DNA from: Lama guanicoe
Lineage: Eukaryota
DNA: 64,000 bases
Assembly (NCBI GenBank): GCA_013239625.1
Contig: MU054187.1
Span: 15,826,941-15,890,940, forward strand
Direction of reading: 5' to 3'
Below, piece by piece: positions 36,456 to 50,930 of the stretch (the first letter of the stretch is position 1; each line of letters opens with the position of its first letter). The position numbers and the translations under genes are program-made. The notes beneath the pieces were generated by a model. That model did not search any database. It was given only the letters and a program-made list of their open reading frames with translations, and was not told where the DNA came from.

Positions 36456-39079
36456 AAAGAGGAAGAAAGACAGATTCTATGTTTAGAGATGTAGAGTGAA
36501 ATAAAACACATAGATACTAGTACAAGAATTTATAGAAGTAGACAATGGAGGCTAACTATTGCTGGTAACAGCAACATGAATATTTAAGTGTACACTGAAT
36601 GTTAACATTTCTAATCCTGAGAATTAAGGCTTCTGGGCAAGTATAAACCTGAAATATTCAGGTGATTGAAAGGGTCGTCTTCTCAATTATATATTTACTT
36701 TAATGTGCAGACATATGATCAATTTAATGAAATCTTCTAAGGCAAAATTCCAAAAACCATCATCAGATATGTATCATTAGCTTCGATATTGTTAAACTTC
36801 ACTTAACATCCATTTCTTCAAGTGTAGAACAGATTCATGTGTCTGCTCACAATATCTTCTAAGACTGTCAAAATTATGAAATGAACTGCTATATGTGATA
36901 AGAATTGAAGATTAAAAATGCTATAAAATACTTGATAATACTATTATTATTGTGCAAGATGTAATACCAAGAACACTGGTTCCATAAACTTGTATAACAT
37001 TTTTGTCAAGTATCCAAAGAAGGTCATAAAAAGAAATCAGTAACCATAAGGGAAAAAGGAGCAATATGGTTAGATGTTTCTATTTCAAAAGAATACTGGG
37101 AAAAATGGGAAGGGTTCCAAATAGAAGCATACAAATAATACTTAAGAGATGGAAAATGTATCTCATGAAGACAAGAGAAGGGAATTAAGATGGTTCTGTC
37201 TATAAAATAGAAGAATAAAAATTGATTTATCTTCAGCAAGAGGATCCATCAAAAGTATGCCATTATTCTACATGTTTTATTTTTAAAAAATGACAAGTTT
37301 TGGATGAACATGAGAAAGCCCATCCATGACAGGGTCAATAGGAGAGAGAATAACTATGAAGAGCAATCCAAATTTATTTCATTGAGTGTATCTGTCCATC
37401 ACCTGACTACCCGTCATCTATCCATCCATCTATGATTTGGATTATTTGTTTGAAAATCAAGAACTAGACTAATTAATCTCTGGAATCCTCTCTAGTTTTA
37501 TCATTTCCATAATGAATAAATAAATCCATTTTCTAATTTCTCTTTATGTCAATCCTTATTACTAAACCAACAAGATAAATAGCACCTAAATTTATCACTG
37601 ATAGTAACTTCCTACAGTTTTTATAAGTTCATAGACTGATTTTGTGTATGGCTGATAAAATATCTGGCATTTTCACTAGTTCCCCCTACCATTATTTTTA
37701 GGGGTATGGGGTAAAGTAAGTCATGTATGAAGATGTGTTCAAAATATAGGTGCCTCTATATTAGAACTGAAAGGAGGGAAGATTATTATAAAACATGGTA
37801 AATATTATTGTAAGCTTTTATTTAGCTTCCTTGAAAGTGGATAAGGAAATCAACAGAATCTGAAATATAGGCTAGAATAGCATATATTGTGGATTATAAT
37901 GATACAGTATCTAGCTCTGAAGTGATTTTTTAACGTAATATTTAAATTTAAATATTTCCTGTATTTGAAATTCAAAATTATCCAGTTCTGCCTTGATTGA
38001 CTTAAAACAGTCAACAATCAACAGAAACAGATAATTCAGTGGAGAAGACTAATCGATTTGTGGAATTTTCATTTCAGTAATGACCTTGAGCCTTTGCTGC
38101 CTGGGATGCCCTCAGATCATGTCATGGGCTCTAGTAAAGATCTATCATCAAATCAATTACAAAAAGCAATAGAACATCTGATCCTGCTCTTGAAATTAAC
38201 TAGTGAAAGTAGGTCAGCACACCTTCAAATGACACAGTGAATTATTATGTTCTCAATGACCCAGGAAGGAAAGCACTAGTGATTGATGGGAAGTGATATT
38301 TAAATGAGAATTGAACATTTCTGGGATTAAACATGTAGCAATGATCATGAAAACTACCAGAAACTTAAATCTGTTGAAATATATATATTTTTTCTTTTTA
38401 GCCACAAAAGTGTTTTCTTCTCACTCTTTGTATCCAAAGCTATAATCCTGGGAAGGTACCTACATAGTGAGGTTATTGCTGTACCATTTAAAAGTAAAAC
38501 TGTGATTATAGTGGAGTTTCTCAATTTCAGTTTTACTAGTATGTAGAGAAAATATGAAAAATAGACCACCATATATTAACTGCTATAATTTGTTTCCCAC
38601 TATCGCAGTTCAACTAAATAAAGTTGAAAATATGGTCAAAGATGACAAATTTAAAGATAGTAATTAATTTGACAAAAAAATTAATATTTAGATAGTGATT
38701 CTTTCCTATAATAATAAAAAATAAAACTAATAAGTAACAGGTACAACTGTCTCTTTCTAAAAATAAAAAAATCCCCAATATTCCCTATTTGACTGATATT
38801 TTAGATAGTTATTGTGTTTTCATATAGGCCCTTGAAGTTTTTTTCTTTTAATTAGATGATCTAGCATCTAGATGCATAATGTAAGTTTTAATTTAGAGCT
38901 TTATTTTAAATTATCTTTGTAGACAATATAAATTGCAATATGCTTTTATTGCAAATGATTACAAAATATTAAAAGTTCAATTCAAGTATTAAATTAAGGA
39001 ATGATTTTGTTGGATTCCATGTAAAATATAAAACAATACTTACAATACTCTTGCCTACATAAAAATCTATCCTTACGGC

Positions 39080-39310
39080 TGCAATATGATGTGTGAGCAT
39101 GTGGGCTCAGGAGTTCAGACCTTGCCCCATCTCTAATTTTGAAGTATGTGGCCTTGGTTAAACTACTTATTTCCAAGCCTCCGTTTCTTCTTAGATGAAA
39201 TGTTATTGATCACCATTGACATTGAAATTTTTGTGAATATGACATTAGGAAATGAGTATAAAATGGTTAGCCAGAGTCTAGAATGTTGTAAACAGTGTTA
39301 GCGATGATGA
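39080..39310 (+). mobile_element. MIR SINE
   Basis: 'gagcatgtgggctcaggagttcagacc...tgtggccttggttaaactacttatttccaagcctccgtttcttc'. Confidence 0.7.
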
Positions 39311-40892
39311 TTGTCAACGAGTCAATTGCTAAGTATTCTGTAGTTACGTTAAATCCTTAAATGTTTCTGTTCAGTTAACTATAAAGACTTCAAAGTGGTA
39401 ATACAGTGTATTTTATTTAATAATGCAATGGAGTTTAGTTTTCTTTTAAATTATAGTGAAGTCATTAATAGTCTTACCATATTATTTTATAAACTGTATA
39501 ATACTTAGTATGATATTATGACTTTGTTTACATTAAGGGGTGACGGTGAATTAATACAGCTGTTTAATATGTGTTAATAGTATAAATTACTTTATTATCT
39601 TTGTTAGGGATAACATATTCCTAAAGCACCAAATTTCTCATCTTTATACCCAATGGGATTAATGAGTTTTCTATTTTATTAACACACACTCTTTAATAAC
39701 AAACCACATATGTTAGGCATAGAAAATAATATCAGTGTGCTCAGAAGTTCATCACATTCACTTAACAGAACAAACATTTTTATCATCTTTGATTTCTAGG
39801 ATTTCTTAGGTTTTAGTGCTAGTATTACAGCATTCTCAAGATAGGAACAGGACGTGTTGATGAGAATGGACCCTCTTCTATCTTAAAAAAGACCCAGGCT
39901 GCCAAGGAACACTTGATTCAGCCTTGCTTTGTACTCAGCCTAGTCCTTGCCTTTTAGAGCTGAAAGATTGTGAAGGTATCATGAAGGACCCTGCAGAGTG
40001 TTTTCCTCTTCAGAGATCTTGAAGGAAAATGTAGCTCTTGTCTTTATAGTCTCACTGAGTTAGAGGTCAAAATAGGGGGAAAAAGCTCTTTAAACTCTGA
40101 AGTGAAAAATCAGAGGGAAAGAAAAGTAACGAGTGGAACAAAGTCCTGCACATAAACATGGATTAACCATCAGTACTCGCAATTAGGCATTAAACTTCAA
40201 TGTCTGGCGTAGCAGTGATGATTAGCAAGCGTGCTAACATGGAAGGAAGAAGAGAGAAATAGCCATGCGTTTTCACCTTGTTTCAAACAAAAGGAATTCT
40301 TATTGACCAACCGTTAAAGACCTAGCAATCTGTCTTGGAAAAGCAGGCATAAATAAATACAACTTTATAATAATAAAGCATTTAAATGATATTTGAAGAT
40401 AATAGTAGCAGAGTATGACTGGGAATGCATAGCTAATTGCCAGATCGATTCAAGGGTCCCACAGCAGTACAGGAACTTCAGCTCGCTAGCCTTAGTCAAG
40501 AGGTTCCTTTGGGAAGAGATAGGATTGGTGGATAAGAATCAATGGCAAAACCTTTAATGACTGCAAGTAGAAATGAGGTTAAACACTTAATATATTTCTA
40601 TTAAAATGCATAAAAATGTTTCAGGTGATACTAAACGAAAGTCCCTCCTGCATATACAGCAAAATGAAAGGTGAGACAAAGCAGGATGAAAAACAGTGAG
40701 CCGAGTCAACACATTCTTTGGTCAACGAGGGTCTAACCTTTCAGAGAGAAACAGTGAAGGAGAACATACTCCTTGTGCTCCAGGCTGCGCGGGTCTGCAC
40801 GTGTTCACTTGGAATAAACAAGGAACTAGAGAAGTGTTGTCAGGGACTCTTGTACTCAGTGTGGATTTTGTGCTTGTGTAGATGGAGAGACT

Positions 40893-40918
40893 AAAATAAA
40901 TAAATAAATAAATAAAAA
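40893..40918. repeat. (AAAT)n repeat
   Basis: Read directly. Confidence 0.9.
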
Positions 40919-41480
40919 CATATAATTTTGTACTTAGTGTTTAGAAGCTCTGGTATCAGCAGCTCTTCTGGAATGAGAATAATGTGGGGCCCAGAATAAA
41001 ATAAAGGAAAATGAAAAATAAATGGTGAAAGGGAGCTGGAAGGGCTTTGTATGAGAGACGGTGCAAATTCATCAACGTCCCTGTGAGGAGAGTTGGTGCT
41101 GTGGAAAAGTTAGACACCTGCTGCTTATTATTTGTAGTTTATTATACTCGGAATTTGGCTCAAGTGATCTATAAACTCTCTGTAGCCTGCTCCATTCTCT
41201 ATATTCAGTTATTCTCAATTTAAGATGTGGTCCTCTTTAAAGAGTCATAAAAGTCAAGGAACCCTGCTGGCTTCATTTCGTTTCCTGAAGGGTCTCAACA
41301 GTGTAAACATATTTCAGAGCGTTAGCTCGTTGAAGCCAATTCTGTCATTCAGGTATTTAGACAAATCTACACTTCACTGCCGCTGGCAAAAATACTGCGT
41401 GAAAGGAACCACCCAGGATGCACATAAGAACGATAGTTAGGTTAATAACTAGGCAAATCCAAGACCTGGATTAACTACAT

Positions 41481-42080
41481 ATATTAGTTTTCCTTTGCTG
41501 CATAATGCATTTAGTGGCTCCAAACAGTGCACATTTATTATCTCAGTTTCTGTGGGTCAGGAGACCACACAGATGGTTTGGCTGGCTTCTCCACTCAGGG
41601 TCTAATTAGGCTGAAATCAAGGCGGTAGCCAAGGCTGCAGTTCTCATTTGAGGCTTGGGGGTCCTCTTCCAAGTTACTGTTGGTAGAATGTAGTTCCTAG
41701 CAACTGAAGGACAAAGGCCATTGGCCCCCAGAGGCTGCCCACAGTTTCTTACCATGTGGTTTTCCCTATAACACAGTTGTTTGCTTGTTTGCAAGCTCAA
41801 CAGGTGAGCATCTCAGTAACTTGAAATCTTTCACTCAGGCAAGGCTTGGACTTTGTTTTAAAAGGGCTTGCATAATTAGATCAGGTTTACTCAGGAAAAT
41901 CTCCTTTTTGATGAACTTAAAGACAACTGGATTAGAGACTTTAATTACATCTCTGAAATCCCTTCACCTTTTCCTTGATAATGTAGCCCAATCATGGCAG
42001 TGAAATCCTGTCATATTCACAAGTCCTGCCCATGCTTAAGGGCAGGAATCTCGGGGTTCACCTTGGAATTCTGCTACCAC
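41481..42080 (-). mobile_element. MaLR solo LTR (MLT1E-like), near full length
   Basis: Begins 'tattagttttcctttgctgcataa...atttattatctcagtttctgtgggtcaggag', ends 'ccttggaattctgctaccaca'. Confidence 0.85.
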
Positions 42081-43399
42081 ATCACAATGTTATATAACAT
42101 TGCTGTATGATGGGATGATGCACAGTTCTGATCCCTTGTACTTCTTTTTCTGCATTTCTATAGAGGTTATAGTAGTGGTTCTGTTTTTGTAAGGATTAAA
42201 ATGAGGTAATAATTGCCAAGTGCTTGCAATAGTGCTTGAACATAGTAAGTGCTACATATGTATTTGTTAAAAGGAAATAGAGTATTTAAAATGTTACCGG
42301 CATATACAAAACATTCAAGAATATTAGCTGCTATTTTTTTAATGATTATTAATTCTTGAAATGCAATATCTAGTCAGAAACAGTGAGTAGTGTTTGGTGT
42401 AGGTCTTTTGTAGCTGTGGTACCAAAGCTGAAAATGTTACGCATTTACCTTCATATTAATACTGTAATTTACACAGATAAGTTATTTGAAATTAGCAGCA
42501 CATATATTTTAAACTGCATACTATCTGAATAACCACATGATAATTAGGAATGGTATGTTTGAAGAACTGATTAATTTCAGGTAATGATTTTCCAGTACAC
42601 AAGAGACACGGGCAGTTTTTAGTATAATTAGACTTTGAATGCCAAGGTCATGATCAATAAGAGTTAAAAGATCATTTGCAAAAGCTTTACTTATGGAATT
42701 TATACAATCAGATTTTTCTTTAAGAAAAGTCAAACCTCACTGTTAAAAATACATCTGATGGGATTATTTGCTAACATACCCACTTTTTTAACTTGAATCA
42801 GTATTTTACAAGCGAAGAGAAATACTGATGATTTTTCAAGCAAAAGAAAAATTTTTAGTTTTAATTTCATATGTCAGTTTAATTAATAATCAACAAAATG
42901 GCATGCTAAATTTGCTTCAGATGGTGGTTCAATGGCATCTATTGATTTTGTATTATTAGATTGAATATTGTCATCATTATTTCTGTGTGGCATGCTTCAG
43001 GCAGGATTTGAATTACGCTGCATCACACAGTGTTTTCTTTTTTGTGTGAAATAGGTGTATGAATTGTCACAAATGCTATAAAATTTCATACTGCTACAGT
43101 TACAATCTCCCTCTCAATGTTTATTATATATTACATATATTTGTATATTTGCATGTATATAAAATATTCCTCCTGTGCAGTCTACAGCTATTAAATTAAT
43201 TCTTCATTCATTCAGCCTTTATGGATTACCTTCCAAACATTCTGCAGAGTATAATAAGGCTATTACATGTTATGGAGAAGATTAAAAAGACCTAGGAGTG
43301 TGACATTCAGTGCAGTCTTAAATACCGTGCTGAAGAGTACGGACATCACCCTGCAGCACCTGGGAAGATTTGACAGCTCCACATTGCCATCAAATACCC

Positions 43400-44135
43400 T
43401 GCAATAATTTTTGGTTTCTTTCTTTTCTTTACATCCACAACCTGAATCGTGTTGGTTTTACCTTGAAGATACATGCAGAATCTGGCCCAGTACCACTGTC
43501 ACTATAGCAGCCCTAAAACAGGCCACCATCCCCTCCTACCTGGACTGAATATCTCCCAGTTTCCGATTTCTGCCTCTGTCCACTGCCTGTCTACTTTCCA
43601 CAGAGAAGCCAGAAGGGTCCTGAGAAAACAGAAATCAAATCACAACATTCCTTTTCCTAAAACCTTCCAGTGGCTCCCCACCTCACGCTGGGGATAAAAC
43701 ACAACGTCCTCGGCACTGCCTGCAAAGCTCTAATGATTGGGGCTGCTCACCGCCTGTCTGGGTTCATCTGTAACACGTGTTTGCCCATCACTCCCCTCGG
43801 CTTCCGCCACGTAGAACTCCCGTGTCTTTAACACGTGAAGGACACTACCGTCCCAGGGCTTTCATTTGCGTTTCTGCCTGCTTGGTATTACTCTTTCCTT
43901 TAGGTCTGTCAAACGTCACCTCATTAGAGAGGGTGTCTCTGAACACATCCTATTGAAGAAGGACCTCTCTCTTCTTTATGATGAATTGACATGAATTTAA
44001 TGGTTTAGTGTCTCTCAGTGTCATGAACTATTACCCTCACGGAGCAGACACTGTGTTTTGTTCCTTGATGTACCTCAATGCAGGAATATTATCCTGGTCC
44101 TTAGAAGGTGATCAAGTTTTATTTAATTTTGATTA
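43400..44135 (+). mobile_element. LINE-2 (L2a-like) 3' portion
   Basis: 'aggccaccatcccctcctacctggactg...ccacagagaagccagaagggtcc...aaaaccttccagtggctcccca...cccagggctttcatttgcgttt'. Confidence 0.8.
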
Positions 44136-45948
44136 AAACAAAAAAATTATGTGGCAGTAATCTTAGAATTCTGTTATATTCACAATCATTTTTCTGTTCA
44201 AGCAAATAGATTGCTAATGCTTTTTCTCAGATTCTGATGCTGTTTTTCACTATTTTTATATTTGTGTATGTGTGTCATGATCATTTTTATTGGTGTTAAC
44301 TTCTGGAAGAAAATCTCTGAATTCAGGTAAAATTTTAGTCTAAAATATAAGAGAAATTAAAAGCAGACTGGATTCTTTTTGATTTGTACCTCTTATTTTT
44401 TCACCTTGTTTTCTCCACCTCATTCCTCCTTTTTGTCCTAGGCCTTCTCTTTTTCATTCCCCATATTGAAACACTAAATGAAACTGCATACGTTGTCTGG
44501 TTAAAGTTCAGAAAGTGAAGCAATTTTACCTTTCGTCACTGCTCCTAAAAAGTAAAGGGAGAAAGAGCAAATATTAGATGAAAAAAAACCCACATCACGA
44601 TAAAACAAGGAAAATGGCAGAACCAGAAGCGGCAATTAGGAAGGGATCTGTGAAGTCCGGTCTTGGAGGCCCTAGAAGGCTATAGCTTTCTTAGAATTCC
44701 TGCAAATTATAGATTTCTCTGAATTTGAAAGACTTTCTTAAGAGTTACTTAAGAGAAGATAATGTCTAGAGGTCTGATTTTTCAGGAAAAGCAGCAAATA
44801 TCCCTGCAGAGGATCAGTTTAACTTTAAAGAAGTTATTTGGAGAAGAGTAAGTTTCTTACTGTTTTCTGCAGTTATGAATTATTTAGTTTAAAATATTCC
44901 TCATGGATAATGTTACAGAGGATCTAAAATTTCCTCAATTTGGAAACTTTTGGTGTGCCTAACCATGTATCTGCCACTTTCTACACAGGGTACCTTATAT
45001 TTATCTCTCTCTATATTTCTAAAATATGGTTACTTTATTTTCCAATGAGCATTGTAGAAACAATTTCCTGTTATTTCACACACTAGTTTGTGGAATTTTA
45101 TTTTTTTTTTTGGTAAACACTTTTTGGTTAATCTCTTTAAATCAACACATTGAAGTATATTTTGTGGACATATTTTATTCAAGGGTTGAGAGCAGAAAGA
45201 TGGCTCATTTTCTAACATCTGGACTTTTAATTGACTTTTGATACAATTGAGTTTATTACACATATCTTAAATCGCATTGCTGTGTAGTCCATCCAATCCA
45301 AACTGAAGTCATTAATTAAACAATTGAAATCATGATACACAGATTACTGAAAAATATTGGACTACTTCAATTTTTATTTAGCTCTTAAATTTGGAAGTGG
45401 GCAGGGTTTGAGCTTGTGCAGTAGAAGATAATTTAAAATTATTGAAACACTTCACATATTTTAAAAACCACTTCAGTGGGGGAAATAATGGTGTTTGGAA
45501 AATGGCTTGTGAGGGTATGAAATTATCAGAGAGCTTAAGTGCTTCAGTGTGGAAGTGATCAAGGTTCTTTGCTTGCACATCACAAAGCAATTGAAAATTA
45601 CTGAAGTGCTTCAAGTGGATCATGTTTCCAGTCTCCCCTCCTCAGAGTGCTTTATATTTTTGAATGTCTGAATAATTCTATAATGTTGCATATATACCTC
45701 TATTCATGATTATCAGTTTAGAAGTCATGCAAATATTGAACTTCTGAGTTTAGCCAATATGAAGTGATTGGGGATTATTGATTTCAAACAGCCAGAGTAA
45801 ATCCTCGAAGCCAGCTCTACATTTGAAAATCAGAATGCAAAATTTAGGCTGTTAGAAAAACGAAGCTCGAGTAGAGAGATTGGGGAGGGGGGCAGGGTAG
45901 AGGTATGATCTTTTTGTTTTGCCTCTGGATAATATAAATATCAATTTC

Positions 45949-46180
45949 TTTTTATTTTTTAATTGAAGTATAGTCAGTTTACAATGTTGTGTCAATGTCT
46001 GGTGTACAGCATAATGTTTCAGTCATACACATACATACATATATTCCTTTTCATATTCTTTTTCATTATAGCTCACTACATGATATTGAATATAGTTCCC
46101 TGTGCTATACAGTATAAATTTGTTGTTTATATATTTTATATATAGTGGTTATTATCTGCAAATCTCAAACTCCCAATTTC
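45949..46180 (-). mobile_element. 5'-truncated younger artiodactyl LINE-1 3' end
   Basis: Poly-T, then 'aattgaagtatagtcagtttacaatgttgtgtcaatgtctggtgtacagcata...atattgaatatagttccctgtgctatacagta'; possible 7-bp TSD CAATTTC (45942-45948 / 46174-46180). Confidence 0.88.
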
Positions 46181-46484
46181 AACTAAAAATTTAGTCAGAA
46201 TGCAATTTTCTTGTAGATAACTGGAAAACAGTATAAAGAGTATTAAAATGCAGACAATTAGTGGCATAATTTGGGATCCTAAAGCTATAATTCACATGTG
46301 ATTTTTAAAGTTACCAATAATAAACAACATAATTCTAGAATTGTTAATGCAGAAATTTAGAATGATTCCAACAATCATTCTAAATTCTAATGATTCCTCT
46401 TCTACTGGATTAGACAATAGTCAAACTACCTTGTTTTTACAGCCATCTATCTGATACTTTAAATATATATAACCTTATATGTAG

Positions 46485-46740
46485 TCAATCAACAGACTTA
46501 CCGAACACTTACAATGTGCCAGGCACTATGCTGGGCACTGCAGATAAAATACAGACAGGACATCTGCCCTCATAAGCCTTAGAGTTAGAAGAGCTTTTGG
46601 ACGCTTTACAAGGCAACCTTCCTTTATGAAATGAGAGAAGTGAAACCCAGAGAAATAGTGTGACTTGCTCATTGTCACGATCCGAGAGTGAGAGGCAGAA
46701 ACTGGCCTTCAGAGGTAATGCCCTTTCCACTCTGAGTAAC
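46485..46740 (-). mobile_element. L2 3' end followed by MIR fragment
   Basis: 'caacagacttaccgaacacttacaatgtgccaggcactatgctgggcactgcagata...ctgccctcataagctta'; 'gaagtgaaacccagagaaatagtgtgacttgctcattgtcac'. Confidence 0.75.
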
Positions 46741-49700
46741 ACCGGTGAAAGTCCATTTCAACTTGGTTTTTCTGGTATTAGTACATTTTTGAAATTTGTG
46801 AAGAGATAACATCAAAGGATGAAGACTGTCAGAAACACAATACCAATAATTACTAGGGATAATTTGACCTCAGTTCTCAGCCAAGAACATTATCAGTAAA
46901 TAATAAAAACAAGGCACAGTGTATGTAATTTAGAGTTACTTCTTATATCTGAATATCTGAATATTTACCTTCAGATAATATGGATCAGAATTCTGATAAA
47001 CTGACAATGAAAAAGTTAGTAGAAGTATAAATATGTAACTATTATTATAAAAGTAAAATTCTTTAAAAAAGACACAAAATTTATATATAAAAACATTAAG
47101 AAAATTAAAATAAGTAAGTGAGAAATAGATTGATGATACACTCCTAAATAACTTTAGTTGAAGTAATATAGATATTACATATATTTTATTCTTGATAATA
47201 TAGTTTCATAAAAACATAAATGAAAAGTTAGTGAAAGCTCATGATTTCTAATAGTTCAAAATCATAAAAATTTTATAGATAATTTAATTTACTTAGAAAC
47301 TTACTTCATGTATCACTGTTTAATAAATACTTTTCATCAGAAAGTTTCTTGAAATCTCTCACTCAGTTTTGGAAGACTGATTATTTTTTTTTGTATAAGG
47401 ACTTTTCCAACCTCCGTCTCACCAAATAAATAGGCTTTATGTGGTATTTCAGTATTACAGAGTATTATTATGACATATGATTCATATGAGAAAAAATAAA
47501 TTCATTACTATTTTGGAGAGGTAGTATGGTACAAAAGTAAACCTATAAAGTAAGATAAGCACTAAGCCAAGAAAACACCTCGAGGGCAAAATAAAGGCTA
47601 AACTCTGAAATACTTCAAAACACGAGGACACTGCACATGCTGGTTCATAGAAGATGCGCCTTCTTAATCCTTGTGCTTCACATACAGAAACAAAGCAAAG
47701 CATTTTTGGATTCATACAAACCCGGCATGCAATTCAAATTTGTTCTTTCTAAGATACTCTGTCTAGAAACTGCTGTGTCAAATAAATTAGTGAGCATGAC
47801 TTTTCCTGAAACTATAAAGTCCAAATATCACTGTACGCTGAAGCTAACTTATACATTATTAAATGAAAATGTTAAACTTGACAAAAATTTCTCATAAGTA
47901 CACCAAAACTAAATTCAGGATACAGAATTGTTTGTACAGTATTATCTAAGTTATTTAAAACATTTGTAGAAAAAAAACTAGAAGAAATCCTACCTTTAGC
48001 ATTGATGGGATTTTTAGATGTTTTTGAGTTTTCCTTTATTTCTAATGAATTATATTAAGACAGTGCAAAAATGCTTTAAATCTGTTGAACACATAAAAAC
48101 TCTTTTGCAAGCTACAGAAATATTGATTTATGCTGACACAAAGCCATTAATTCAAACTCTTTTTTTGTATGAATGATCAACTAGCTTCAATTCCACCTAA
48201 CAGTGTTAAGAACCAGCTTAACACTTGATTCCAAATGAAATCTCATGGGAAGTTTTGTCAATAGTTTTTTCTGTAATCGAGATATTCGGTACCTACTTCA
48301 CTCCACGTGTGGACCAACACGAATTACACAAATAAAATTTAGTGTATGTTAAGCCTAATTTTGTTGACTTATTTAGAAGGTAAGAAAAATGCATTATCAG
48401 CTCGGCTCATTTCAAATACTTAATTCAACAGACATCTTTGAAAACAAATATTTTGAGTTCATTTCTAGTTGTTGTGTTCCAGAGATGAGAAGATGTGGTC
48501 CCTGCCAGGAGTTCATGGTTTTAGAAAGGAGAGAAGTATAATTATTACACATATATATTCTCTGTGTGTGCATGTAGTATATACTTTAGATAGTTAATTT
48601 ATAGAAGATATATACACACATACAATAATATATACGTGTATATAGATTTTGTACATATTTACTTTTAGATAAAGAATAAGTTCAATGAAAAATATATTTG
48701 TGTTTGCCAGGACTTAACAAGTAATTCAATACACACATTGTACACTTTTAACAAGGGTGCCTAGACTTTGTGAAATAAAGCTGAAATGTGAGTCTTCTCT
48801 GTGCTTTTGATACATCTGCCTGTGCTCTCTGGGTTGGGTTAGACCCGTGGTGGAGGAAGTGAATTTAATGATGTTGTCCCAAATCCCCAACAGTGAAAGT
48901 GTGATTGGATTTGAGCTTCAGTGAGGACATTTATAAATTCTGTGACAGTAAACGCAGTTGTTCAGCTGTTTAGTTCAGTTGGCGGAGGCTTGCTTTTCCC
49001 ATCTGTATGCTAAAGATTTATTTCAAGGAATAAATGAGATAATTAAGTGAGATGAAATAAATTGATTAGCATAGTTTCTGATACATATTTAAGTAGTAAG
49101 TACTCAATTATAAACATTTGTGCATATACACATATGCATAAAAAAGTAAAATATAGAAGGTTAAGTAACATGGTTTATGGTCATGCAGCTAAAAAAAAAA
49201 GATAAAGACTGTGTGAATCCAAAGCTTATGCCATTTCCATAGCAACTTGAAACTCCTAAATTATCGTTCCTCTTACTTGATTCCGTGGGGAATACACAGG
49301 ACTGTTCACCTACTCTGTGTCAAGTACAAGTCTAAATGTTTTATGTAGGTAGGATTTATTGATTTTTCATAATCAATATTTGATCTTGAATTTGAATTGC
49401 ATATCATAAATTTTATCTATTTTTTCTTCTGTGTTTCCAAATTTTCATGATTTTGGCATACAAATAATAGAATCAGGAACTCTAGATCTCTATACTGACT
49501 CTAAAATGAAAATGTGTAGGAACTTTCCTACACTCATTCAAAATGGAAGCATGTATAATTCCCTAGAAACAAAATAGAGGCTCATCAAATATCTTGAAAA
49601 TTATTTTGTACTTTACACTGCTCATGGCTGAGTCCCAGTCATCCCATCTGGCTAAATGAAAAGAAGTCTTATTACTTCAGTTTGCAGAAATATGTCTGTC

Positions 49701-50114
49701 ATTCAGAAATGCCTGCAAGACAATCACTCAATAACATTAACTGAGTATCCACTTTGCACAAAATACTGTATATTGTTAGATTGCCTTGATATTCCAGTGG
49801 AGCCAAAGAGCCAGACTGTAACAAATGTGCTATTTGATATTTGCCTTGTTTGAGACTGTTTCGGTGTTTTAGTTAGTTTTCTGTTATTTTAAGTCTAATA
49901 TTTTTTAAAAATGATTATACACCTGCAAAATTATCTGCATATGAAATCAGAGAAACTTCAAAGAGCTATCCATACAAGATGAAAAATCCAACAGTTGCAC
50001 CTGTATTCCTATAATCTGTTATCCGTCTCTAGTTGGAAATCCTTCCTGAAACAGAAATGCAGAGATACCAGTCTTCTGCTTCAAACCTTTCAAGAGTTCT
50101 TCATAATCTATATC

Positions 50115-50280
50115 ACTCTTTCTGAAAACGGTGGTCTGAGAAACATTATGTGTATCAGAAGTCCTGAGACGGAGGTTAAAAGCCACAATTCCTGCTTACT
50201 AATAGAGTCCAATGCCCAAGGATGCTGCTGAGAATTCATTATTTTTAATAAGCACCCTTCATAATTGTTTTGCACAAGAA
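50115..50280. mobile_element. MER5-like DNA transposon relic
   Basis: 'gtatcagaagtcctgagacggaggttaaaa...gaattcattatttttaataagcacccttcataatt'. Confidence 0.5.
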
Positions 50281-50396
50281 AATTTCTTTGCTCCTGGGAT
50301 GCACAGGATCCTGCCCCTGATACCTGGCTGATTTATAAAGATCTTGATAATGAGGTCCCTATTTGTCTTTTACAGCCTCATTTCCCAATGATTGCT

Positions 50397-50930
50397 TTGC
50401 AGGTTATTAATTGATTGCCCCTCAGCACCAAATCCACTTGTCCTTGAATTGCTTCATGATACTGGCCTTGGACCCTGTAAACATTTCTCACCGGTCAGCT
50501 GTGGCATGGCGAGGCGTTATGAACAGAGGCTACTAGATAATGACACTGCAAGGTCATCATCGGGGCCGGTCTCTTTCTGGTTCTGAGGGCTATTTTCACG
50601 GGCTCCTTCTAGGTTTTATGGCAAGGCTGCCAACGGTGTGACCCAGTGGTGTTTACTCCCCAGCAGGTGGCTTCCTCCTGCTCTGTCCTGTGGTCCCCTA
50701 GCCACCTCCCCCATCTGGTGGGCAGTAGCCACTTCCTCTTTGAGGAGCGAATCTCAGCCTTGGGGGAAACCCTCTTCTAAGTTGTTTCTTCCTTGAGTTC
50801 TGTCCTGAGTCAGGTCAAAGGTCACTTCTTCAAGATTACCTTTCTTAGTGTCTTCAGGTGAAGAGAGACCATTCCTCTGTGCTCTCCTGTCATCCTCTGT
50901 CCCTTCTCTTCCACAGCATTTCTCTCCCAT
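50397..50930. mobile_element. ERVL LTR (LTR41-like)
   Basis: 'ggttattaattgattgcccctcagcaccaaatccac...ggaccctgtaaacatttctc...gacactgcaagg' resembles LTR41; GC-richer than its flanks. Confidence 0.6.

Noticed and set aside
44231..44326. Possible plus-strand exon (TTTCTCAG...CAG|GTAAAA)
   Set aside because: T-rich, intron-like interior and weak donor
45530..45625. miR-302/372-family microRNA (AAGTGCTTC seed-like matches)
   Set aside because: Match limited to about 10 nt and no convincing pre-miRNA hairpin around either copy
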